Below are positions 13,478 through 25,132 of a stretch of DNA of 64,000 bases, in pieces (position 1 is the first letter of the stretch; the number at the start of each line of letters is the position of its first letter). The position numbers and the translations under genes are program-made. The DNA comes from Octopus sinensis. Taxonomy: Eukaryota. The stretch is taken from contig NC_042997.1 in assembly GCF_006345805.1 (NCBI RefSeq), positions 74,834,001 to 74,898,000 of the forward strand, read 5' to 3'. The notes under the pieces were generated by a model. It was not told the DNA's origin. It was given only the letters and a program-made list of their open reading frames with translations, and did no database searches.

Positions 13478-13893
13478 CAAGGGCAAGTCAAAAAGTAATG
13501 CCATTTTGTTTAGGACAGATATAATTACCAACACAGGAACATGTATCATACATCAAAATGAAGCTGGTCCACTGTGGATCACATCCCTACTTCTCAACAT
13601 AGTCACCGTTTCTCTCAAAAGAGGGTGTGAGAGGCAAACATTATTCTAGAGACGAGGAAATGAAAACTGTAGTAAAGAAGTGGCTCAAAGAACAGTCAAC
13701 AGAATTTTACGGGGCAGGGATACATGTTCTCATTTGAAGGTGAACATTGCTATTGAGAGAAATGGTAACTATGTAGAGAAGTAGGGATGTGATCCACAAA
13801 GAACCAACTTCATTTTGATGTATAATACATGTTCCTGTGTTGGTAATTATACCTGTCCTAAACAAAATGGCATTACTTTTTGACTCACCCTTG
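13478..13893. mobile_element. Mariner-derived fold-back MITE
   Basis: ~140-bp inverted arms starting caaggg..agtcaaaaagtaatgcc; TA TSD (13476-13477, 13894-13895); centre is a transposase C-terminal remnant (GKHYSRDEEMKTVVKKWLKEQSTEFY...RNGNYVEK). Confidence 0.9.
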
Positions 13894-13919
13894 TATTTCT
13901 ATCTAAAGCATCACCTTTA

Positions 13920-15210
13920 CAAGGGGCGTTCAATAAGTAATGCCCCTGACCCACTTCCCATAGCAGTAGAGCAACGAAACTTGGCACAGTTATTAGTCTT
14001 TTTCTACATAGGAACCACCCAGAGTTACGCATTTCTGCCGTCGTTTGATGCAGCGCTGGAGACCGTTTTTGTAGAAGACCCCAGCTTGGTCCTCCAACCA
14101 CGACGTGACTTTAGAAATCAAGGCTGCATCATCTATGAAATGCTTTCCTTTCAAAAAAAACTTCATGGCTGGGAAGAGGTGAAAATCAGAGGGTGCAAGG
14201 TCAGGAGCGTAGGGGGGATGGGGAGGAGTTCATAGCAGCACGCCTGTGCTTCTGATCTGGCAACACGCGAGTTGTGGACCAGAGCGTTGTCCTGCAGGAG
14301 GAGGATGCCTTTGCTGATCTTGCCCCACCTCTTGATTTTGATAGCTTCTCTTAATTTCCTCAAAAGTGAAGCATAATAGGCTCCTGTAATTGTGGTACCC
14401 TTTGCCAGGAAATCTGTCATCACTACTCCGTCCTGGTCCCAGAAGACTGTGAGCATGACCTTGCCAGCGGAGGGCTGCACCCTTGCCTTCTTTGGAGGAG
14501 GTGAGTCACGGTGCTTCCACTGCATTGACTGGGCTTTGGTCTCTGAATCATAGTGATGGACCCAGGTTTCATCCTGTGTAATCAGTCTTTTGAAAAATTT
14601 TGACTCATCTTCTTGGCACATCTCCAAATTCACCCTCGAGCACTTGATGCGTTCTTGCTTCTGGAAAGGTGTGAGCAACCAGGGAATCCATCTGGCAGAC
14701 ACCTTTTGCATATGCAAATGGTCATGAATGATAGTTTCCACAGACCCGGTACTAATCTTGACCTCATGGGCTATTTGGCGAATAGTTATGCATTGATCTT
14801 CCAAAATGGCAGCCTCAACTTGACGGACAGATGCCTCATCAATGGTAGAAGGGGGTGACCAGATCTGGGAGCTGTTTCCACAGAGTTCCGACCATGTTTG
14901 AATTCACAATGCCAGCGTTTTACAAGGTCATATGATGGGGCATCATCACCATAAGTTACTTTCATTTCATCAAAAGTCTCCTGTGGTGTGCGTCCTTTGA
15001 AATACAAAAACCGGATCACTGCTCGACACTCAACAGGCTCTATTTCACACTTAACTCAGTTCAAACACCTATAAATCAGAAACCACAATTGGCTCAGAGC
15101 TGTAATTTGCCACTTAATCTATAGAGATATAAATAATTGCACGTGCAAAATTCCAGCTAGATCAAACAACTGCAAGTGGGTCAGAGGCATTACTTATTGA
15201 ACGTCCCTCG
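13920..15210 (-). mobile_element. Full-length mariner element (1291 bp)
   Basis: 37-bp TIRs caaggggcgttcaataagtaatgcccctgacccactt / cgagggacgttcaataagtaatgcctctgacccactt; TA TSD (13918-13919, 15211-15212). Confidence 0.95.
13993..15043 (-). pseudogene. Mariner transposase pseudogene
   Basis: N-terminal HTH (IRFLYFKGRTPQE...), ARWIPWLLT, ITQDETWVHHY, KVMLTVFWD, LLQDNA; probable ATG>ATA start loss; frameshifts near 14850 and 14200. Confidence 0.92.
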
Positions 15211-15480
15211 TACCTTTGTAGTAGTTGACTATGGTGCTGCTATGCCTGTCATTGGGTATCACTCCTTCATGAAATCCCTGGTTTACAATATGTGTGACTA
15301 GACCATAACCCATACCACCAGATATTTTAAGCCGCTCAGCAGTGATTCCTGATGGGCCTGGGACTTTTCCTAACTTCATATCCTTAATTGCTTTATCTAC
15401 CACGGTGCTATTTATTCTGGTAGCTAGACCTGGGACAACATTTGGAAGACTTTTCTCCTTCCATTCATTATCCACATTTA

Positions 15481-16542
15481 GTGGCTGGAGATTTTAATGG
15501 GCATGTTGGACAGCAATCCGGCATCCTCCATAGTGTTCAGGGGGCCATGGAATTGGTTCCTAAAATGAAGAGTGAACTAGGCTACTAGAGTTCTGCGATG
15601 CATGCAACCTATTAATCTGAAACACTAACTTCAGGAAGCCAGACAGCCACCTAATAACCTATCAATCAGGCGACTCTACTAGCCTGATTGATCTCATCCT
15701 CACCAGACAGTGGGATGCAAAGTTGCTCTGAAATACAAAGACCCTGTAACATAATAACATAACATTTCTCTCCTGTAACATAATAATTTTCTCTCACACT
15801 ATGTCTTGCAATTCGAAATACTTCAGTTCTTTGGTCCTCACATCACCGAACATTGGCAAACTTCTTTTCTGCTTCTCCCTTGGCTATGTATACCTGTCGC
15901 CCAGCCTCCCGTCTGGCTATTTGGTACAGTTCCCTGCTACCCGCACTCTTCCAGGTTTTCCAGGTCTGTTTGTTTGCTCTAATAGCCTTGTATACCATAT
16001 TATTCCACCACCACACTATTCTAGAGACTTTGCACCAGCCACAGATTTGGTCTGAAGTGCTCAGTAAGTTGTCCTGTAGGAATTTCCAGCTACCCTTTAT
16101 GTCCGAAGTCTGTAGCTCCTCCTCCCTCTCATCAAATCCCTAAATCTCTAACCATGTGAAGGGTTCTTTAGCTTCCTAATCCTTTTCTAGATTGGTCTGC
16201 TTCTTGGCATTCTTCTGGCCTTGAGTCTAAAGTCACTAATAACTAGTCTATGCTGGAGGATACATTCTTCACCAGGGAGGGTCTTTGTATTTAAGAGCAA
16301 CTTTGCATCCCACTGTCTGGTGAGGATGAGATCAATCAGGCTAGTAGAGTCGCCTGATTGATAGGTTATTAGGTGGCTGTCTGGCTTCCTGAAGTTAGTG
16401 TTTCAGATTAATAGGTTGCATGCATCGCAGAACTCTAGTAGCCTAGTTCACTCTTCATTTTAGGAACCAATTCCATGATCCCCTGAACACTATGGAGGAT
16501 GCCGGATTGCTGTCCAACATGCCCATTAAAATCTCCAGCCAC
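15481..16542. repeat. 265-bp inverted repeat pair (15481-15745 and 16278-16542)
   Basis: About 3 mismatches by eye; both arms carry the same private RTE decay mutations. Confidence 0.92.
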
Positions 16543-16899
16543 AAAAATTAGGTCATTGCTACTTGTTTTTGATGTAGCCTGTAGAAGGGTATCATAAAAG
16601 TGGTCCTTGCAGGATTAGCCTGAGCTTAAGCATATATCGCATACCCCGATTACCTCTATGATCCTATCCACCCATTTCTCCGCAAGGAGTATGCCTACCC
16701 CCCTACTCCATCCATGTTAGCTTGCCAGAAGATTTTATACCTATGTGCCTTGCCTGTGAGAACCCTGGCTGAAGCTCCTCCCCACCTTACCTCTTGTATG
16801 CAGCATACATCAACACATCTCCATTCAAGCATCTCTACAATCTCACTAGAGCTACCTTTCAGTGTGCCTACATTGACAGTGCCAAATCAAAAAACTGGG

Positions 16900-18373
16900 A
16901 GAGAAATGTGGGAGGAGGTATGAGGAGGGAAGATGTTATTCAATGCCTGAAAAGAAGAAGGTTTCCGTGTTCATTTGAGTCATTCTACACCTGTTCTCAC
17001 CTTTGACCAGTCATCATTCAAACATTCAAGCATGTTAAGATTCTTGCCCATACCAGTGGTAGGAGTAGGTATTAGCTCTCTTGTGTGCATAAGCATTACG
17101 GGCATCGTAAAATTGTAAATATAACCATTACTGGTGTTGCAGTTATAAATAAATAAATAAAGATAAAGTAGAATATGAATATCAATATGCCAACGTTAGA
17201 TTAAGTAGGTGGGCAGCTAAACTAGTTGCATTTGTCCTGGAAGAGAGGGAGAGGAAGTTGCAGGCATGATAGAGGATACCACCAGTGAGTGAGGGGGTTT
17301 CTGGTGAGAGAAGAGAGGAACAAGCACGCCCACACACAGAGAAGAACAAGCATATGCACGCACGTACACACAAACACAAAACTAAAACAAGCACACATGC
17401 TCACACACACAGAGGAACAAGCACACACATACAACCCATTAGCTCTCTCTTTCCACTTCAATACATCCCTTGAAATTAACAAATTTCAAGTTAAAATGAA
17501 AGATAGCTGATTAAGTAGGTGGGCAGCTAAACTAGTTGCATTTGTCCCAGGAGACAGAGAGGGAGAGGAGGAGGAAATTGCAGGTATGAATGGAGGATAC
17601 CACCAGAGACAGAGGGGGTTTCCAGTGAGAGAAGAGAGATATCCGATAATGGTGGTGGGAGAAGAGAGATATCCATTATTGGTGGTGGGGATGGGAATGG
17701 GCAGGCACACCATGAATAAGCAAAGGTTAATTTGGAGGGATGGTACAAAAAGTATGTAACTGACTTGAGAACACAGGAAGGAATGAGAAATTTCATTTAG
17801 AAAATTACAGGAAGAATTAAGGAGAAGTGAAGGCTAAGAGACAGATAGATTAGGAAGTTATATATTGAAGAGTCAATTTAAATAATTAGCTTACAAAAGC
17901 AGATATTAGTAAATAATACACATTAAAGTATTAATAGCGTAAGAATGAGTGAAAAGATAAAAAAACAAGAGAAAATCTTAGATTAGCAGTGCATAACTGG
18001 GTGTCAGAGAACCATCTATGTTGGAATGAGTTGTATGAAAAACAGGGAGGACACAGGTGAGTAAGGTATTTTATAGAAATGCTATGACCAGAAGTAGTCA
18101 TTATGGAAGAGCACTTTCCCCATGGGCTGAAGACAATAGCAGTCACAGTAGCAGAGAATAGCACAAGAAGCCATAGTGTGAGGGAAGGAATAAGAGAATA
18201 GTATGAAAAATATTTAGCCAACATGAAACACGAAGGGAACAAGCTACGGTTAATTTAGAGAGATGGTACAAAAATATGTAGCCGACTTGAGAATACAGGA
18301 GGGAAGGAGAGATTTCATTTAGAAAATTACATGAAGAATTAATGAGAAACAAAAGCTGAGATTAGGAAGTTAT
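16900..18373. repeat. Unclassified repeat with internal direct duplications
   Basis: ~17197-17290 resembles ~17508-17610, and ~17722-17870 resembles ~18246-18373. Confidence 0.6.
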
Positions 18374-19250
18374 ATCATCATCATCGTCGTCGTCGTTTAA
18401 CTTCCGTTTTCCATGCTAGCATGGGTTGGACAGTTCAACTGGGGTCTGGGAAGCCAGAAGGCTGCGCCAAGCCCAGTCAGATCTGGCAGTGTTTCTACAG
18501 CGGGATGCCCTTCCTAACGCCAACCACTCCGTGAGTGTAGTGGGTGCTTTTTACATGCCACCTGCACAGGTGCCAGACGAGGCTGGCAAATGACCACGAT
18601 CAGATGGTGCTTCTTACGTGCCACCGGCACGGGGGCCAGACGTGGCTGGCAATGGCCACAATTGGATGGTGCTTTTTTATGTGCCACTGGCACGGAGGCC
18701 AGTCGAGGCGTCGCTGGCAACGGCCACGTTCGGATGGTTCTCTTACATGCCACCAGCACTGGTATCACAGCTACAGTTTCCATTGATGTTGATCGATTTT
18801 GATTTCGATTTTTGATTTTCACTTGCCTCAACAAGTCTTCACAAGTAGGGTTTGTGTCACAAGAAGGAAAGGTATGCATAAGTGGGCCGGCTACGTCCCA
18901 GATAGAGGCCACGGGTTATGGTCTCACTTGTCCTGCCAGGTCTTCCCATGCACAGCATACTTCCAAAGGTCTCGGTCTCTGGTCATTTCCTCAGTGAGAC
19001 CTAAAGTTCGAAGGTCGTGCTTCACCACCTCATTCCAGGTTTTCCTGGGTCTACCTCTTCCACAGGTTCCCTCAACCACTAGGGTGTGGGACTTTTTCAC
19101 ACAACTATCTTCATCCATTCTCGCTACATGACCATATCAGCGCAAACGTCTCTCTTGCACACCACAACTGATGCTTCTTAGGTCCAACTTTTCTCTCAAG
19201 GTACTTACACTCTGTCGAGTATGCACACTGACATTACACATCCATCGGAT
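18374..19250 (-). mobile_element. RTE 3' fragment
   Basis: [28 protein letters not shown]...DK, 3' UTR, (ATC)n tail. Confidence 0.92.
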
Positions 19251-19590
19251 CATTAATATATATTAATCGATGTATTCAGCAAATCCCAGGAAAACAGAGG
19301 TTATCCTTTGGTTCCATTCTCGTAATTGTTTCGCTAATCTAATAACAACAATACAAAGTATGTAGCCCTTAAAACAGTTTTTGTGCATTTACAGAGAATA
19401 CCATACTGTCTTACACAGGATCTTGTTTTTAGGAATTCCCACTAAGGTATGAAGACCCAAATTGTGAAGTCACTTATGTAATAACATGAAATTAGTTACC
19501 CAATAGTAAGAATTCAAATAAAGTAGCCCTGAAAAGGGCTTTACTGCATTTTCAGTGTATATAGAACTTAGGAAGAAATACTAATAAGGT

Positions 19591-20260
19591 ATCATCATCA
19601 TCATCATCATCATCGTTTAACGTCCGCTTTCCATGCTAGCATGGGTTGGACAATTTTGACCGAGGGCTGGCAAACCAGATGGCTGCACCAGGCTCCAATC
19701 TTGATCTGGCAAAGTTTCTACAGCTGGATGCCTAATGCCAACCACTCCGAAAGTGTAGTGGGTGCTTTTTACATACCACCGGCATGGGGGCCAGTCAAGT
19801 GGTACTGGCAATGACCTCGCTCAAATCTTTTTACACATGCCAGTGAAGCGACGTTAGTAACGACCATGCTCAAATGGTACCCTTTTACGTGCCACAGGTA
19901 TTGAAGCCAGTTGGCTACTCTGGCAACAATCACACTTGGATGGTGCTCTTGGCACCCTACTAGCACAGGCATGGATGCCAGTCATCGAATTGATTTTGAT
20001 TTTGATTTCACTTGCTTCAACAGGTCTTCGCAAGCAGAGTTTAGTAACCAAAGAAGGAAAGGTAGGCATAAGTGGGCTGGTTACGCTCCTGGCATAGGCC
20101 ACAGGTCATGGTCTCATTTGGCTTGCCAAGTCTTCTCAAGCACAGCATATTTCCAAAACTCTCGGTCGCTTGTCATTTCCTTAGTGAGGCCTAATGTTCG
20201 AAGGTCTTGCTTCACCACTTCATCCCAGGTCTTCCTGAGTCTACCTCTTCCACAGGTTCC
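19591..20260 (-). mobile_element. RTE 3' fragment
   Basis: (ATC)n tail, ccatgctagcatgg motif, last codons of the RTE ORF. Confidence 0.9.
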
Positions 20261-20457
20261 CAGAAAAAATGTCTGATAAAACTGGAACTCTACACAGAAC
20301 TGAACTACACACTGTGAAAAATAATTCTGTGGAACAAAAAATAATAATAATAAGTCTGTTCGAAGGATTTATATGTCAGGTCGCTATATGTCATAGCACT
20401 ACCAGTACTAATGTAGATCTGGTACTATCTACAGCATTTTGAAAAAAAAAATGGTTC

Positions 20458-20545
20458 TGTGGTGGTGGTGGTGGTGGTGGTGGTGGTGATGATGATGATG
20501 ATGATGATGGTGATGGTGATGGTGATGATGAAGATGATGATGATG
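20458..20545. repeat. (GGT)n(GAT)n microsatellite
   Basis: Direct reading. Confidence 0.9.
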
Positions 20546-21250
20546 TGTCTGTGTGAAGGATTTAATAATTCTCTGTGGAACAAAAAATAATTCTGGTTAG
20601 AAGAAAAGAGATGAAAAAGAATTGATACATTTAAAGCGAGTCATGCCAGAAGATTTCAAATTATCATCATTATCATCATTTAATGTTGGTGTTCCATGCT
20701 AAAACAAACCAGTTGCTAAGAAAGTTGAAATAGACAAAGAAAATGGAAGCCATTTTGTGATTGAAGATATTAAACAAGTCCTCCTTGAAATGACTCCAAA
20801 TGAAATGTCATGGAAGAACACGTAGAAAATTCTGAAATTAGAGAATCTGAGCCATCTGTAACAGGAAAAGGTCCTTCTACTGAAAATGCTTCATTGAGGA
20901 ATTGTTCTAATGCAAAAACTTTAAAAGATAATGAAAATTGCAAGTAACCGATCCAGTTTCTGCCAAGAAAGTTGTAATGAAAGGAAAAGTTGTAGAAATG
21001 ATAAAATTTATATATATATATATAATAATGCTGTGTAATTTTAAAATATATATATGTATATATGTATGTATGTATATATATATATAGTTAATCCAAACAA
21101 GAAAACACAGAAAAAAAGAGAAAAAAAACACAGCAACGCAGGACGTGGAACAATTAAAGTATTATTGACGCTCAGGAAAGAAGGGAAGGAGGGTTTAACG
21201 TTTCGAGCGGAGCTCTTCGTCAGAAACAAGGAGAAGATATATGTATGTAT

Positions 21251-21326
<76 letters not shown>

Positions 21327-21335
21327 ATATGTATG

Positions 21336-21367
<32 letters not shown>

Positions 21368-21368
21368 C

Positions 21369-22472
21369 GAAGACCCGGCAAGACTAGTCAGGCCATAGCC
21401 CGTGGCCCCTTCCTGGGACGTAGTCAGTCCACCTGTGCATACCTTCCTTCTTATGACACTTGTGAAGACCTGTTGAGGCAAGTGCTAATCAAATCAAATG
21501 ACACTTGTGAAGACCTGTTGAGGCAAGTGATAATAATAATAATAATAATAAGGATAATAATAATAATCATAATCATAATCAAATCCAATCAAAACAAATC
21601 AAAATAGATGAACATCAATGGAATTTGTATCTTTGTGGTACCAATGCCGGTGGCACACAAGAAATCCATCCGAACGTGGCGGTAGCCAGTACCACATCGT
21701 GCTGTGGGCACGTAACAAACACCATCCGATCGTGGCCGTTCGCCAGCCTCATCTGGCACCTGTGTTGGTGGCACATAAAAACACCATCCAAAGACCCGGC
21801 AAGACTAGTCAGGCCATAACCCGTGGCCCCTACCTGGGACGTAGTCAGTCTACCTGTGCATACCTTCCTTCTTATGACACTTGTGAAGACCTGTTGAGGC
21901 AAGTATGTGACACTTGTGAAGACCTGTTGAGGCAAGTGAAAATCAAACCAAATCAAAATAGATGAACATCAATGGAATTTGTATCTTTGTGGTACCAGTG
22001 CCGGTGGCACACAAGAAAGCCATCCGAACGTGGCCGTAGCCAGTACTGCATCGACTGGCCTCCGTGCTGTGGGCACGTAACAAACACCATCCGGGCACGT
22101 AACAAACACCATCCGATCGTGGCCGTTCGCCAGCCTCATCTGGCACTTGTGTCGGTGGCACATAAAAACACCATCCGAGCGTGGCCGTCTGCCAGCCTCG
22201 TCTGGCACCTGTGTCGGTGGCACATAAAAAAAAAACACCATCCGAGCGTGGCCGTTTGCCAGCCTCGTCTGGCACCTGTGTCGGTGGCACATAAAATCAC
22301 CCACTACACTCTCGGAGTGGTTGGCGTTAGGAAGGGCATCCAGCTGTAGAAACACTGCCAGATCTGACTGGCCTGGTGCAGCCTTCGGGCTCCCCAGACT
22401 CCAGTTGAACCGTCCAACCCATGCTAGCATGGAAAGCGGACGTTAAATGAGGATGATGATGATGATGATGAT
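21369..22472 (+). mobile_element. RTE 3' UTR fragment with internal tandem duplications, flanked by (TA)n
   Basis: gacccggcaagactagtcagg at ~21371 and ~21792; ~60-bp UTR subrepeats; (GAT)n tail; same subfamily as 61652-62624. Confidence 0.9.
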
Positions 22473-22483
22473 GTATGTATATA

Positions 22484-22628
<145 letters not shown>

Positions 22629-22774
22629 CATGTATATATATATATATATATATAATATATATATATATATAATAGAAATATTAAAATTACTAAGTCTCTC
22701 TAAAGGAGATTACGGCAGCGTTACTGGATATTAATAGTTATCGCCATACTAATATGGCTGTCTATAAATATAAG

Positions 22775-23187
22775 ACAGGAGAATCCCCGGTTTCGTGAAC
22801 CGAGGTGCAGTGACGTTGCTGAAGAAAGGCGCAAACATGTGCTGTGCCGTGCAGAACCATACTTGACAACCTCCATCTGATGCGCTACATTGTGGACAGG
22901 GTAGTTAAGGATCCTGGCATGGGTGGAGCGCTGATCAATTTGGATGAGTCTAAAGCTTTTGATAGGGTCGACCATCGGTATCTGGCAGCCGTCCTCAGGG
23001 CAGCTGGCTTTAGTCCCGTCTTCTGTGGTTGGATCGCTGCCTTGTATAGCGGCATCTGATTGGTAATTCGGGTGAACGGTCACCTGTCAAAACCTTTTGA
23101 CATCACACGTTCGGTCCGTCAGGGATGTCCCCTGTCGGACCTTCGGTATGTATTGACTCTCGCGCCGCTACTGCAGGAGCTGGTGAC
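22775..23187 (+). pseudogene. Tx1/L1-clade RT fragment, inverted relative to the adjacent element
   Basis: RTILDNLHLMRYIVDRV...ALINLDESKAFDRVDHRYL...VRQGCPLS. Confidence 0.9.
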
Positions 23188-25132
23188 CTCTGGGTCTATG
23201 AATATTGATCTTACATTAACATTTAGACTCTTTTGAGAAAGCACCACGGTACCACCACCACCACCTCCCATGTTTGGCAGACAGGGAGAAAAATAAATGT
23301 CGAATTGACCGCCAAACATGGACGTAAGGGCCCGCGGCTTACTGAGTGTAGTTTCACTGATAACTACTATATCAACGTTCAATGACTTGATGTCATTTAG
23401 AAGGTAACTTTGCGTCCCAGCCGACGCCAACCACACACATTCACACAACCTAATTTAAGCGTGTTTCACACACAACATTCAAAGAGATGAGAGGGAAGGT
23501 TACTTACTCATTTCGAAAGTTTGATTTTTTCCTCTTCTTTTGAAATGTCTTTGAGGAGGTGATTATAAAGTTTTTTTGATAAATACTTTTGAAACCCCCC
23601 GACCGCATTTGGAATGATGGTTTTGAGTGTGTGGTGCTGCGTTTGTGTGATGTGTAGTATTTTTATGTGTAATATTTTTATGTGTGTCGGTGGTATAGTG
23701 CATGGATGATTGTTCACTTTAAAGTCATCTTCACAAATGTTTGTGTTAGATGCAATATATTCCATTAGTTTTTTATTTTCTGTGTCTATTGCTGTTAGTT
23801 GTGTGTGTGTTTTTGCGGGGTCGTTGATGGTCTGATTGTGTAAGGGGCTGTCAGGAGTTAAATATCTCCCTGCTTTACTTGCTTGTTTGGTGGTTTTTTT
23901 TTTTATCTTTTCCTTTTATCCCGTGGCTATTTGCCAATCTGTCGAACTTTCATCATTAGACGGAAAGTCTGACAAATCAGAAGGGGGTAGAGGCAAAGCA
24001 TTTGCATTAATATGTATGTTTGTAGAAAGTGTTGTTGTTTTGTGCGGTGTTTGTGTTATTGTGGTATTAGGGGTAGAATTTATCTTCTCGTCATTGTTAT
24101 TTGTTTTCTTAGTTGTCGTCCTTGGTGCTGGAGTTGGTCGGTCTTTTGATGTTGGTTGTGGTTTTGCTTCTTTATTTGGTTGCGACATCAGTGGTAATTG
24201 TGGTGGTGCTGTTTCTTTTCTTGGTGATGTTGTTGGCGTTTGTTTGCTAGTTTGTCGTTGTTCTTGGCGTTGTCCCATATTTCTATATAATTCTTGCATC
24301 AGTTGTGGGTTTGGTGGTGCTGGTAGCAAAGGTTGTTTTTTATTTGCTTTCTGTTTTGTTTGCAAATGTTCTTGTTTTTTCTGTCCCAAAACACACTTTG
24401 CAATTAAGTGGTCTGGGATGCCACAGAGGTAACAATGTGGTTTTTTCCCCTCCGCCACCACATATAGGCTTTGTCCATTCTCTAAATATATAATATTTAA
24501 TAAATTCTCGATAGAAGACTCATTGATTTGAATAGTGACTTCTATCGATTTCCCACTCCAATTATCATTTTTAACAATGGCAATTTCTAATATGTTGATC
24601 AATTTTAAATGATAACATATCGCCGATGTTATCCATTTTGGTTGGATTTCGGGTGGGACATTCTTTATTTTTATCTTACTCACTCTTTGTCCCATGTAGT
24701 ATGGGACCATGACGAGTTCTTCATTTTGTAATATCTGTGTAGAGTGAGTTTTTGCCTCTTCCTGATTATGGAAGCGGACCAGCACTGTATTAAATTGGGG
24801 ACCCCAGTTTATGTACTGTTTAATTTTCATAATATTCTTGGCACATTTTTCGATGTCCGTTTTTGTTATCTGTTCTGTTTTTTGGGGATTTTTAAAAATA
24901 ATTCTATATAAAATTATTCTTTTCTCCACATCTTCTTTCACATGTGGTGTGTGCAGTATAAGATTTTGTCCAGAAAACGTGAAGTGTGATCGTGTTTCCA
25001 CCAACTCTTCATTTGTGAAATGTACAATTTCTCTTTTTTGACACAGGGTGTCAGCGAAATTCATAGTTCTCTTCTGACAATTGTTGTCGTTGTGTGTTTT
25101 TGTTGTTGCTGTATCAAAATTATTGTTAGTTG

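Larger units (their letters stand above)
11720..16885 (-). mobile_element. Older RTE LINE copy D, interrupted by two mariner-type insertions and an inverted duplication
   Basis: Continuous homology to copy B from the GTLNVGTLKG-like start (~16880) to the (ATC)n tail; many stops. Confidence 0.9.

Noticed and set aside
23490-23515. GTAAGT splice-donor-like motif before ORF2 in both Tx1 elements
   Set aside because: Equally explained as the last codons (AAG TAA) of the spacer frame; the candidate intron would be only ~39-54 nt.
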